DNA of 64,000 nucleotides from a virus, in the IMG/VR virus record IMGVR_UViG_3300035670_000019, positions 1 to 64,000 of that record; one strand, 5' to 3'. A model generated the notes under the pieces. The model was not told where the DNA came from and did no database searches. It saw only the letters and a list, made by a program, of their open reading frames with translations. Positions 37,485 through 48,600 of this stretch are shown piece after piece. The translations under genes were made by a program, and so were the position numbers. Numbering within the stretch: the stretch's first letter is position 1; each line of letters starts with the position of its first letter.

Positions 37485-39155
37485 ATGGAAACAATTCAAC
37501 AATTAGTTGAGTCTGCCAACCCATGGAGATCACTTCAGAGTGATGCAGCTAAATTAGCTCGCAAGTGGGAAAAAACCGGCCTTTTGGAAGGTCTTGGTGA
37601 AGACGTCAACAAGAACAACATGGCTTTGATGTTGGAAAACCAAGCAAAGCAATTAGTAGTAGAAACATCTCAAACTGGTACTGGTGCTACTTTTACAGTA
37701 GGCACTGGTGAACAATGGGCTGGTATTGCGCTTCCTTTAGTACGTAAGGTATTTGGTCAGATCGCTGCAAAAGAATTTGTTAGCGTTCAACCAATGAACT
37801 TACCTTCAGGTCTTGTGTTTTTCCTTGACTTCCAGTATGGCACTACTAAGAGCCCATTTACCTCAGGTAATTCTATGTACGGTAATCGTACTTCAACTCA
37901 GTATCCATTTGCTACCCCAGCTGCTGAAGGTGGTTTATATGGTGCTGGTCGTTTTACTTACTCTACTAACCAATTCTCTGCTTCTGTAGCATCTGGTTCT
38001 AACGTTGTTACTCAAGCAACAATTGGTACAGCTACTTGGGCTACAGTAAATTATAATTCTGATTTATCAGCTTCAGTTGCTTCATTATACACTGTCACTA
38101 TCTCAGCTAGTGGTGTACTTTCAAACCCAGATCTAGATGCAGTTCGTGGTTTCTTAGTTAGTGGCTTAACTAATCAAGTTGGTACATACAATCTTCAAGC
38201 TTTCACTACTTATAGTAATTCAACTGATAAAATTACATTTGTAGTATCAGCTTCTTCTTCTCCAACTGGTACAGCTTTAGTAGAATATAACAAAACTACA
38301 GCTGATAACAAGCGTGGTGATTTTGAAGATGGTAGTACATATGCTATTCCTAACGCTGAAAGCTCAACAGCAATTTCTATCCCAGAAATCAACATCTCGA
38401 TGCAATCTCAAGCCATCACAGCTAAGACTAAAAAGTTAAAGGCTGTATGGACTCCTGAATTTGCTCAGGACTTGAACGCATATCAAAACTTAGATGCTGA
38501 AGCTGAATTGACTAACATCATGAGTGAGTACATCTCATTGGAAATCGACCTCGAAATCCTTGATATGTTGATCCAAGATGTTCCTTCAACCAATATTGAA
38601 TATTGGACAGCTCAAAACAATGGTGTTTATAATTCAGCTAACACTAACGGATTTGATTTCCCATCATCAACTAGCCAAACTGGATTCTACAACACTCAAG
38701 GTCAATGGTTCCAAACTCTTGGTACTAAACTTCAAAAGTTGAGCAATAAGATTCACCAGTTAACCCTTCGTGGTGGTGCTAACTTCATGGTAGTTTCTCC
38801 AACTGTAGCTACAATCATCGAGTCTATTCCTGGATTCGCTGCTAACAGCAACGGTGATGCTGCTGACATGGAATATGCATTTGGTGTACAGAAAGCTGGT
38901 CAATTCAACAGCCGTTACACTGTTTATAAGAATCCTTACATGACTGAAAACACTATCTTAGTTGGTTTCCGTGGTAAGCAATTCTTGGAAGCAGGTGCTG
39001 TGTTTGCTCCTTACATTCCATTGATCATGACACCTCTTATCTACGATCCAGATACCTTCACTCCACGTAAAGGTCTCTTGACTCGCTATGCTAAGAAGAT
39101 GTTACGTCCTGAATTCTATGGTAAAGTATTAGTAAGCGGTTTAAATACCCTCTAA
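37485..39155 (+). CDS. gp23: Major capsid protein (T4 gp23-like)
   Basis: VSVQPMNLPSGLVF, KTKKLKAVWTPEFAQDLNA, EIDLEIL, FAPYIPL, PRKGLLTRY. Confidence 0.95.
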   Translation: METIQQLVESANPWRSLQSDAAKLARKWEKTGLLEGLGEDVNKNNMALMLENQAKQLVVETSQTGTGATFTVGTGEQWAGIALPLVRKVFGQIAAKEFVSVQPMNLPSGLVFFLDFQYGTTKSPFTSGNSMYGNRTSTQYPFATPAAEGGLYGAGRFTYSTNQFSASVASGSNVVTQATIGTATWATVNYNSDLSASVASLYTVTISASGVLSNPDLDAVRGFLVSGLTNQVGTYNLQAFTTYSNSTDKITFVVSASSSPTGTALVEYNKTTADNKRGDFEDGSTYAIPNAESSTAISIPEINISMQSQAITAKTKKLKAVWTPEFAQDLNAYQNLDAEAELTNIMSEYISLEIDLEILDMLIQDVPSTNIEYWTAQNNGVYNSANTNGFDFPSSTSQTGFYNTQGQWFQTLGTKLQKLSNKIHQLTLRGGANFMVVSPTVATIIESIPGFAANSNGDAADMEYAFGVQKAGQFNSRYTVYKNPYMTENTILVGFRGKQFLEAGAVFAPYIPLIMTPLIYDPDTFTPRKGLLTRYAKKMLRPEFYGKVLVSGLNTL

Positions 39156-39177
39156 ACTAACCCAATAACTAACAATT

Positions 39178-39203
39178 AAGCCCAGAGAAATCTGGGCTTT
39201 TTT
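39178..39203 (+). terminator. Intrinsic terminator after the capsid gene
   Basis: AAGCCCAGA-gaaa-TCTGGGCTT-TTTT. Confidence 0.8.
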
Positions 39204-39236
39204 GTTCTGTTTTAATATTTATCAATAAACAAAAAT

Positions 39237-39932
39237 ATGACTGACTTTAATCGAAGTGAAGAGGCTCAACAGATTTTTAAAGAAAAACGTAAGCCAAAAA
39301 ACCCAATCTCATTTAAAATCCAACTTAATGAAGAACAAAAGTTAGCAAAACAAGTTATTTTAGATAGTCCTGTCACATTATTAAGAGGTATGGCTGGTAG
39401 TGGTAAAACATTAGTAGCATGCCAAGTTGCTTTAGATTTAGTATTTAAAAAAGATGCTGAAAGAATCATCATTACTAGACCTACAGTTGCTAAAGAAGAA
39501 ATAGGTTTCTTACCTGGTGATTTAAAAGAAAAAATGGATCCATGGTTAGCTCCTATCTATGCTAACCTTTACATGTTGTATGATAAAGCAAAGATAGATA
39601 AAATGATCCAAGACCAGACAATTGAGATTGTACCATTTGCGTTTATGCGAGGCAGAACATTTCCTGATGCTGTAGTAATTGTAGATGAATGTCAAAATAT
39701 TACTCACGGACAAACAGAAATGATATTAGGTCGTTTAGGTAAAGGTGGTAAAATGATTTTTTGTGGAGATATAACTCAAACTGACTTGAAAAACAGAAAA
39801 GACAGTGGTATTGGATTCTTCACTCGTATGGAAGAAAATATTAAAGGAGTAAAAATATTTACTTTAAAAACAAACCATAGACATGAGATTGTAGAACCAA
39901 TCCTTAAACTTTACTCAGAATATAGAGATTAA
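39237..39932 (+). CDS. phoH: PhoH-family ATPase
   Basis: GMAGSGKT, IGFLPGD, FMRGRTF, VDECQN, GDITQTD. Confidence 0.92.
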   Translation: MTDFNRSEEAQQIFKEKRKPKNPISFKIQLNEEQKLAKQVILDSPVTLLRGMAGSGKTLVACQVALDLVFKKDAERIIITRPTVAKEEIGFLPGDLKEKMDPWLAPIYANLYMLYDKAKIDKMIQDQTIEIVPFAFMRGRTFPDAVVIVDECQNITHGQTEMILGRLGKGGKMIFCGDITQTDLKNRKDSGIGFFTRMEENIKGVKIFTLKTNHRHEIVEPILKLYSEYRD

Positions 39933-39954
39933 ATATTTATAATTAAAACACATC

Positions 39955-41154
39955 ATGAATATACCTATTTGGCCCGGGTCTAGCTCTTTTGCTCTTTATT
40001 CTGCTTCTTATTATAATACACCATCAACAGGTAGTGCTCCTACTCCTTTTGGTTTATTTGATAGTGATGCTCAATTTAAAACAGATGCCGATAAAATAGC
40101 CAATTATTGTGCCAGAAGATTAGGATACCCATTAACAGATATTGAATTACAGGATATAAGTTTTTGGGCTGCTTTTGAAGATGCTATTATTACTTATGGT
40201 AATGAAGTATATTCATTTCAAATAAGAGATAATTTATTATCTTTAGAAGGAGCACCCACTTCAGCTTATGTTAATGATGCTATTATCACTCCTAATATGG
40301 GAACTATAATTAAGCTATCCCAACAGTATGCTTCTGAAGCAGGAGCAGGAGGTAATATAACTTACTATAGTGGTGCTTTAGCTTTAACCCCAGGCCAACA
40401 AACATATGACTTAAAAAATTGGGCTGTAAGCCAAAGTATATCAGGTGGGATAGAAATTAAAAAAGTATTTTACCAAGACCTACCCGCTATAAATCAGATG
40501 TATGCTCCATTTGGGGGATTTGCTGGCTTAGGAGGTTTACCTGCCGCTGGTATCTATGGTGGCATGTATGGTGGCGGCTACGGTGGAGGTTACTTAATGA
40601 TGCCGGTAGCATATGATGCTGGTGTGATTCAAGGACTTGAATTAAGTAACACCATTAGATTGTCAAATTATACATTTGAAATTATAAATAATAATATTAA
40701 AATATTCCCTATACCATCCGATAATGATGTTAGAGGAGGATTTTTATGGTTTGAATATATTAAACTAGAAGATAGATATACTGATAGTATAACTCAAACT
40801 GGAGGTGATAAAGTAACAAATATATCAAATGCCCCTTATGATTACCCAACTTATTCTTTAATAAATTCAGTTGGTAGATCATGGATATTTGATTATGCAT
40901 TGGCTCTTAGTAAAGAAATGTTAGGATATGTTCGAGGTAAATATGGAACAATCCCTATCCCAGGCCGCGAAGTAACTTTAAATCAAGCTGATTTATTAGC
41001 AGCTGCTACAGCTGAAAAAACAGCTTTAATAGAACGATTAAGAGCTTATCTTGATGAAACTTCTAAACGTTCTTTACTTGAAAGAAGAGCACAAGAAAGT
41101 GACTTTAGAAAGCAAGAAATCAATAATGTACCAATGGTAATATACATAGGATAA
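39955..41154 (+). CDS. Neck/head-tail adaptor protein (gp13-like)
   Basis: RRLGYPLTDIEL, WIFDYALALSKEMLGYVRGKY, position after the capsid gene. Confidence 0.7.
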   Translation: MNIPIWPGSSSFALYSASYYNTPSTGSAPTPFGLFDSDAQFKTDADKIANYCARRLGYPLTDIELQDISFWAAFEDAIITYGNEVYSFQIRDNLLSLEGAPTSAYVNDAIITPNMGTIIKLSQQYASEAGAGGNITYYSGALALTPGQQTYDLKNWAVSQSISGGIEIKKVFYQDLPAINQMYAPFGGFAGLGGLPAAGIYGGMYGGGYGGGYLMMPVAYDAGVIQGLELSNTIRLSNYTFEIINNNIKIFPIPSDNDVRGGFLWFEYIKLEDRYTDSITQTGGDKVTNISNAPYDYPTYSLINSVGRSWIFDYALALSKEMLGYVRGKYGTIPIPGREVTLNQADLLAAATAEKTALIERLRAYLDETSKRSLLERRAQESDFRKQEINNVPMVIYIG

Positions 41155-41663
41155 TGGCACTATTTGGCGGATCAAGAGATGTTAGTGTATTTAGACATGT
41201 CAACCGAGAGTTGCTAGGGAATGTTATCACTCAACAGTGTGCTCTATACAAATTTTCCTTAGAACAAACAACTGTTAATATGTACGGAGAAGCTTCTGGA
41301 GGTAAATTTTTACAAGGTCCATACTTATTTAATTCTTTAATTGAAGTTAATGCTACTACTTCACCTGTAAGTGAATTGGGTGTTGATTTTGATTGGGGTA
41401 TAACAGTATCTTTTTTAAGAGATGACTTAGTAGAAGCAGATGTTCATCCTGAAGTAGGTGATATTATCCTGTATCAAGAAAGTTATTTTGAAATAGATAA
41501 CACTAATGAAACCCAATATTTCGCAGGCAAAAACCCAGATTTCCCATATGAAGCTAATCCTACAAACCCAGGCTTAAGTAATTTTGGCTACAATGTTAGT
41601 ATTATTTGTACAGCCCACTACACACCAGCAGACAGACTTAATATAATCAAACAAAGATTATGA
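41154..41663 (+). CDS. Neck/head closure protein (gp14-like)
   Basis: NMYGEA, PEVGDII...YFEI; gene order. Confidence 0.65.
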   Translation: MALFGGSRDVSVFRHVNRELLGNVITQQCALYKFSLEQTTVNMYGEASGGKFLQGPYLFNSLIEVNATTSPVSELGVDFDWGITVSFLRDDLVEADVHPEVGDIILYQESYFEIDNTNETQYFAGKNPDFPYEANPTNPGLSNFGYNVSIICTAHYTPADRLNIIKQRL

Positions 41664-42925
41664 TAAATAAAAGAAAACCAATACCAAAAACACAAAGGGA
41701 ATTAAGTGTTGAAAGACAAGAACCTTATATTCCCCCGGCTGGTGCTCCTGGTTTTTCTCCTACTGGTAATCCTAATGACAGTAATCAACCTAATAGAGCA
41801 TTACAGACTTCTTTTAAAGGTGATACTGTCAAACCTATGTCTATTGGTATTCAAGATATAGATGAGGCTATAATGTATTATTTTCAAAACATTATTAAAC
41901 CATCTGTATCTCAAAATGGTGAAAGAATACCTGTACCTGTAATATATGGTTCACCTGAGAAATGGAAATCAATTCAAAAAGATGGCTATTATAGAGATTT
42001 AAATAATAGAATAATGGCTCCTCTTTTAGTGTTTAAACGTAATACTATCACTAAAGATAGAAGTTTAAATAATAAATTAGATGCTAATAACCCTCATAAT
42101 GTCGCTGTTGTAGGTCAATCATACACTAAAAGAAATGAATATAGTAAGTTTAACATGTTAAACAATGTTAAACCTGAAAAAACATATTATGTCACTGTAG
42201 TACCTGATCATTTAACAATTACTTATGATTGTGTAGCTTTTACCTATTATAATGACCAGTTAAATAAAATAATAGAAGCAATAGAATATGCTTCTGATTC
42301 ATATTGGGGTGATCCTGAAAGATTTAAATTTAAAGCTACTATTAATTCTTTTAATACCACAACAGATTTATCTGAAAGTGGAGAAAGAATAGTAAAAAGC
42401 ACTTTTACTTTAAACATCTATGGATATATTATCCCAGATACTATACAAAAAGATTTAAAAGCAGCTCGTAAATTCTCTGATAGAAATAGAGTTGTTTTTG
42501 GTTTAGAAACAACAGGTGGTAGTATAGAAAACTTTGAAGCTAACACTAAACAAACATCAGCTCAAGGTACTGGTGTAGCAAATATATTTGATTCTCAAAA
42601 TATAACTAACAATACAACCATTGTTTCTGGAGATATAGGATCTATTTCAACATATTTAAGTGCTAATAATCAAGTAACAGGAGCATATGTTGATTCAACA
42701 ACAGCTGTTTTTGCTTATGATTGGTTAGCAGCCCCATCACCTTTACCTGCTACAAACGCAGATCAGTTTGTATTCTTTGTTAATGGTCAATTAATAGAAA
42801 AAACAGCTATAGTATCATTCACTCAAGGGACTAACATAAGTACTTTAGTAATTGATTCTGTCGCTTTAGGATTTGGTTTTATATCAACAGATGAAATAAT
42901 AGGAATAGGAAAATTTGACGTATAA
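41660..42925 (+). CDS. Tail completion/sheath terminator protein (gp15-like) with C-terminal extension
   Basis: IPVPVIYGSPEKW, VP..LTITY, QLNKIIE; gene order. Confidence 0.6.
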   Translation: MINKRKPIPKTQRELSVERQEPYIPPAGAPGFSPTGNPNDSNQPNRALQTSFKGDTVKPMSIGIQDIDEAIMYYFQNIIKPSVSQNGERIPVPVIYGSPEKWKSIQKDGYYRDLNNRIMAPLLVFKRNTITKDRSLNNKLDANNPHNVAVVGQSYTKRNEYSKFNMLNNVKPEKTYYVTVVPDHLTITYDCVAFTYYNDQLNKIIEAIEYASDSYWGDPERFKFKATINSFNTTTDLSESGERIVKSTFTLNIYGYIIPDTIQKDLKAARKFSDRNRVVFGLETTGGSIENFEANTKQTSAQGTGVANIFDSQNITNNTTIVSGDIGSISTYLSANNQVTGAYVDSTTAVFAYDWLAAPSPLPATNADQFVFFVNGQLIEKTAIVSFTQGTNISTLVIDSVALGFGFISTDEIIGIGKFDV

Positions 42926-45366
42926 TGAGTATAATTAGAAAAGAACAATTAACTAATCCTCTATCAGCTTCCTATGCTTTAACAGCATCGTATGCTGAAA
43001 ATGCTTCTGTTACTATTGATACTAGTAGCTTAGTAACTACTTCAAGTTTTAACGCGTTTACTTCAAGCATAAACAACTTCACTTCATCCTATAATACAGG
43101 ATCATTTACAGGTAGCTTCACAGGTAATTTTAATGGTACTGCTAGTTGGGCAGAATATGTTGTTAATGAATCTACTACAAACACAGGTTCTCTTTTAACA
43201 ACAGCCTCTATTGTCTCAAATACTATAACCTTTACAAAAGGTGATGGATCAACCTTTCCTATAACTGTTGACACAGGATCAGGGGGTACAGGTGATACTA
43301 GTGGATTAGTAACTACTTCAAGTTTTAATGCGTTTACTTCAAGTATAAACAACTTTACATCGTCCTACAACACAGGATCATTTAGTGGAAGTTTTAGTGG
43401 AAGTTTTTATGGGACTGCTAGTTGGGCAGAGTATGTTGTTAATGCAGGAAATGTAGATACTAGTGGATTAGTTACCACTTCTAGCTTTAACGCGTTTACT
43501 TCAAGTATAAATACATTCACATCATCTTATAACACTGGATCATTCACTGGTAGTTTTAAAGGAAATTTTACTGGTTCTTTAAATGGAACTGCTACCCAAG
43601 CAAATACTGTTTATACTCAAGCACAGAATGCAAATATAGCTTACTCAATTCCATATTTAAGTGCTAATGGAACAACATATGCCGCTTTATATAATGATAC
43701 TACTCAATTAACTTATAATCCATTTTTAGGTAAGTTAACTATAAGTGGAAGTGGAATAGAGTTAACTGGTTCAATAATAGCTACTCAAGGATTTACAGGA
43801 TCATTATTTGGTACTGCATCTTGGGCTACAAATGCTTTAACAGCTTTAAATGGTTTTCCATATTTTGGTAGTGCAGCCATAACAGGTAGCTTAGTAGTGA
43901 CAAATGGAACTAACAATATTTTAATAGCTGATACGATTAATGGAAACTATCAACTAAATGATGGTAGTGGTATCCTTAGTGTAGATTGGAACAACAGAAC
44001 TTTAAATGATGGAAATAGAACCCCAGTAGACTGGTTTAATAGATATTTACAATCTTCAAATGCTGATGAGTTGTCTATTGATTGGGAAAATAGAGTTTTA
44101 TATGCGAGTGATGGCACAACTGCTCATTTAGATTGGAGTAATCCATCTTATATGCAACTAGGTTCTATAAATGAAAGCCCAATAGTAAGTGTGTTAGGTA
44201 TAGATAGTAATGGAAACATATACTCTACAGCCTCAAGTGCAATAGGTGGAGGAGGAGCAGGAGGTGATTTTGTACCTAGTAGTTGGACAGGATCAGCTGC
44301 TTCTCAATTTGCTGGAACTGCTTCTAGAGCTACCACAGCCTCTTTAGCTTTAACTGCTTCATCTTTAACAACAGGAACATATCAAATAACAAGCAGTTGG
44401 GCTACAAATGCTCTAACAGCTTCATTAGTATCAACTGCTTCGAGATTAAATGCTGATAATACTAGCATTTTTGGAGACAATAATAGAATGACTATTACTG
44501 CCTCTAATGGTATAATCATTAATGCTGGCAACCCTGGGGTAGATCTACAATCTAAAATAACTGTTACTGGTGATGTTTTGCCTGGAGGTACTATCACAAA
44601 CAATACATCTTCTTGGAGTTTAGGATCCCCTACACAAGCTTGGAAGGATTTATATGTTAGTAATGGTTCTGTGTATTTTATAAGTGGTTCTAATACTGCT
44701 AGTATTAGTTTTACTAATGGTAATATTGATTTTGGAGGAACAAATATAACTATCCCTACAGGCTCAATAGTTACTTCTGCTTCATATGCGGCTACTGCTT
44801 CTATAACTACTACTGCTACTAGTGCTTCATACGCGGCTACCGCTTCTTTATTATTAGGATCTGTAACTAGTGCTTCATATGCTGAAACAGCTTCATACAT
44901 AAGTAACGGAGTCAGTTTTATTGGAAGCGGTAGTATAATAACTGGATCCACAGCTATCTCTTCTTCCTATGGTTTGTATATTCCTGCTAATACATTTGGT
45001 GTAGGTGATTTAGTGGAAATTCATGGTGTATATACAAAACCTAATGGTGCTACTAGTACGGGATTCAATGTTTATATAAATACATCTGACCAATTATCTG
45101 GCGCTACTCAATTAGGGCAATACAGTACTACAACTTTTAGATGGATCCCATTCACCAGACTGTTGGCTATTGAATCAACTACTTCTACAGCATTATTCCC
45201 TACAAACGTATCACACTATAATGATATAATACCAATAGCAACAGCAACTGCTAGAGCATCTCTAAACATAGATTGGACAGTTGATCAATATATATTATTT
45301 GCAGCTTCAAACGCATCTTTAGCAGATAGAACAGATACATTTAGATTTTATGCTAAAAAGATATGA
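42925..45366 (+). CDS. Ser/Thr-rich fibre protein
   Basis: Three copies of LVTTSSFNAFTSSIN.FTSSYNTGSF, SASYA repeats, VDW.NR.L repeats. Confidence 0.7.
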   Translation: MSIIRKEQLTNPLSASYALTASYAENASVTIDTSSLVTTSSFNAFTSSINNFTSSYNTGSFTGSFTGNFNGTASWAEYVVNESTTNTGSLLTTASIVSNTITFTKGDGSTFPITVDTGSGGTGDTSGLVTTSSFNAFTSSINNFTSSYNTGSFSGSFSGSFYGTASWAEYVVNAGNVDTSGLVTTSSFNAFTSSINTFTSSYNTGSFTGSFKGNFTGSLNGTATQANTVYTQAQNANIAYSIPYLSANGTTYAALYNDTTQLTYNPFLGKLTISGSGIELTGSIIATQGFTGSLFGTASWATNALTALNGFPYFGSAAITGSLVVTNGTNNILIADTINGNYQLNDGSGILSVDWNNRTLNDGNRTPVDWFNRYLQSSNADELSIDWENRVLYASDGTTAHLDWSNPSYMQLGSINESPIVSVLGIDSNGNIYSTASSAIGGGGAGGDFVPSSWTGSAASQFAGTASRATTASLALTASSLTTGTYQITSSWATNALTASLVSTASRLNADNTSIFGDNNRMTITASNGIIINAGNPGVDLQSKITVTGDVLPGGTITNNTSSWSLGSPTQAWKDLYVSNGSVYFISGSNTASISFTNGNIDFGGTNITIPTGSIVTSASYAATASITTTATSASYAATASLLLGSVTSASYAETASYISNGVSFIGSGSIITGSTAISSSYGLYIPANTFGVGDLVEIHGVYTKPNGATSTGFNVYINTSDQLSGATQLGQYSTTTFRWIPFTRLLAIESTTSTALFPTNVSHYNDIIPIATATARASLNIDWTVDQYILFAASNASLADRTDTFRFYAKKI
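43015..43590 (+). repeat. Triple internal repeat in the fibre gene
   Basis: Near-identical DNA units (actacttcaagttttaaYgcgtttacttcaag...) at about 43020, 43295 and 43455. Confidence 0.8.
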
Positions 45367-45584
45367 TACTAGATATACAAACAATACCAAATGGAATAAC
45401 ATTACGAGGAGTAGATATGTATTTTACAACAACCTATTTTCCTAGTAGTGTTCAAATATATAATATATATCAACTAAGTATTGAATTAGATGAACAAATA
45501 ATATTTTTTGATTGTCGAGACACTACAATTGATGGAGTCTTTTATTTAGATTCAACTGCTTTTCAAAATACTTTAGGTTTATAA
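45363..45584 (+). CDS. Small fibre-associated protein
   Basis: Coupled (ATGA) to the fibre gene. Confidence 0.5.
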   Translation: MILDIQTIPNGITLRGVDMYFTTTYFPSSVQIYNIYQLSIELDEQIIFFDCRDTTIDGVFYLDSTAFQNTLGL

Positions 45585-45621
45585 TACTAAATCTTTTAAT
45601 ATTTATAACTAAAAGTAGTTA

Positions 45622-48600
45622 ATGGCCCAAGTCTATTTAAGTCAATATTCTAGAAGAGCAGCTGTAGCAGATTCTACAGACTCCGCATCATATGCTGCTA
45701 CAGCTTCATATATTAATCCTATTAGACTTGACCCTATTGAAGACCCAAATCCTACAGGTCTTCTATATCCTACCTCAACCTATTTATATCAAAGTGCTTC
45801 TAACACAGCTTTAGGATATGACTTATATATTCGTCAAGATGGAAATCTTGTAAAATGGAAGTGGGTAGAAGGTATGTTAAATACAGGCCTTCTTTATGGA
45901 GGAGTATTATCATACTCTGCTAGTTCTTTTCTTATAACTTCTGGAGCAGGTTTAATAGTTAATCATAATGCTGTAACTGGTTCTGAAATTAGTCCTATAG
46001 TAGAATATGTGACTTGGGGTCCTATAACTCAAAGTATTGAAAATATAGCCACTTTTCAAAATACATTTGTCTATATAGATGTTAGTGGTAGTGCTAGTCA
46101 ACAAAATGTATTTTTCTCTCCTGATCAATATCAAGAGTATATTCCTATAGGCCGAATATCACATTATGATAATGTGGTTACTAATGGTTCTAACATGAAT
46201 GTTCAAACCGCTTATGACATTGATGGACAACAAAGTGTTTTTGTTAGAGCATTTGGACCTTTAAAACTAACAGGTATAGCCACTAGTGGACAAGCTGGTA
46301 CTTTAAGATTAAATATAGGATCTGGAAGAGCATTTAGTTTAGGGCAATTCTATCCCTACAACCCAGAAACACCTAGTACATATGATGTATCAACTTATAA
46401 TACAGCTAGTATTATAAAAATATATAGAGATGGTGCTGGAGAGTATGTTTTTGATAACAATAGTGGAAATTATTATACTACTATAACTACTAATCTATAT
46501 GATGATGGAACAGGTACTTTAGCTGCAGTTGGTAATAATGAGTGGACTATTCAGCGTGTGATGGTAAATCCTGTCACAGGTAGAGCCCACGTTTATTATG
46601 GACAAAATGTTTATCCTACTTTTGATGAAGCAGTAGCAGATATATTTGCAGATGAATTTGTAGAAAGTGATGCTACAGCTTATTCTTATGTTTTTTCAGC
46701 TTATTTAGTTGTAAAAGGATTAACATCTGATTTAACAGATGATACTGAAAATAAAATAGTTCAAGCTGGTTTATTTAGAAATATAGCTGGTGGAGGAGGA
46801 GCAGGAGGTGGAGGAGTACCTGGTGGTCAAGACACTCAAATACAGTTTAATAATAATGGTGTATTTGATGGTGAACCTGAATTTACTTATAACTACACTG
46901 ATAGTATTGTCACATTAACAGGTTCAATGTTTGTAAGTGGAGCAATTTCTGCTTCATATGGACCTAGTACTGTAGGGTTTTATGGTACAGCAAGTTGGGC
47001 TGTGAGTGCTTCTCAAGCAGTATCTGCATCATATGCTTTTTCTGCCTCTTATGCTTTATCAAGTTCAAGAGCAACAACTGCTTCTTATGCTTTAACAGCT
47101 AGTTTTGCTACTACATCATCATATGCTTCTTCTAGCCCTAACTTTGCTAATACTGATTTAGTATTTACTTCTAATAGAAAACATGATACTAATAGATATT
47201 CTTATTTTATATATAGTGATTTAGTAGGAGGTGATGAAACAGATCCTTTTCAAGGATTTGGTGTTAGTGGTAGTTTCCATTACTTTAACACAGGATCAAA
47301 TGTTTTAGGAACAGCAGCTGGATCAACAAGTACTTACACTTACATTGAGATAACATCTCAATCTATTGATTTAAGTTTTAACGCTGATCCTGCTGTACCA
47401 AGTTCTTATACTTTTACTAAAAACTCTGCTTCTTTCTCTAGTTCTTTAACTGTAACCAAATCAGTATATTTTCCTGGTTTAACATCTGCCTCACGACCAA
47501 ATGTTGTAATGATAGATACAGCTTCAGGTCAACTATATTATTTAGACTCTTCTTCTTTAGGAGGAGCTACAGCAGATATAGCTATATCATCTTCAGGCAC
47601 TGGATTAACAGCAACTGTAGAATCTATAAACTTTGCAGGCGCTGGAGTGGTAGCTACAACTGTTGGAAACAATGTAACAGTGACTATTCCTGGAGGAGCA
47701 GGAGTTGCAGGTGGAGCAAATACTCAAATACAATTTAATAGTGGAAGTGAATTTAGTGGAAGCGGAAACTTCTCATTTAATTATGACAATAATATTGTTT
47801 ATTTAACAGGTTCAATGATAGTAAGTGGTAGTACCACATTAACAGGCTCAATGTTTGTTAGTGGTGCTATTTCCGCGTCATTTGGGCCTAACACTGTTGG
47901 ATTCTTTGGTACTGCATCTTGGGCTCAAAGTGCATCTCAAGCTGTAAGTTCAAGTTATAGTTTAAGTAGCAGTTACGCCTTATCAGCATCATATGCTTTA
48001 TCAAGTTCTTATGCTTTAAGTTCAAGTTATGCTTTATCTTCTTCGTATGCATTAAGTAGTAGCTATGCTTTAAGTTCATCTTACGCCTTAAGCTCTAGTT
48101 ATACTTTATCAAGTTCTTACAGTCTAAGTAGTTCTTATGCGTTAAGCTCTAGTTATGCTTTATCAAGTTCATATGCTCTTAGCGCGTCATACTCTTTAAG
48201 TAGTAGTTATGCTTTAAGTGCTTCATACAGTGATACAAGTTCATTCTCATTTACTTCATCATTAGCATATACTGCTTCGTTTATAACCGCTTCTAATGTA
48301 TGGGGACCATTTGGTTCTAGTAGTGTTGCAAGTGCATCCTTTGCTTCATCATCTGTTAGTGCGTCTTATGCTACTACAGCAGTAACCTCTTCTTACCCAA
48401 TTAATGTAACAGGTAGTACCTTGTATTCTGTAGCTCCTGTTTCTGGAATACCTAATATACCATCAGCTGATAATAGCATATTTTTTGGTTCTGAATCTGG
48501 TCTTAATGCTGTAAGTGCTTCATATTCAAACTTTATAGGTACCCAAGCCGGTAGGGAAGCAACCACAGCCTCATATTCAAACTTTATAGGCAATCAAGCT

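Noticed and set aside
39237-39932. phoH next to the capsid gene as a novelty
   Set aside because: PhoH is common in large aquatic phages.
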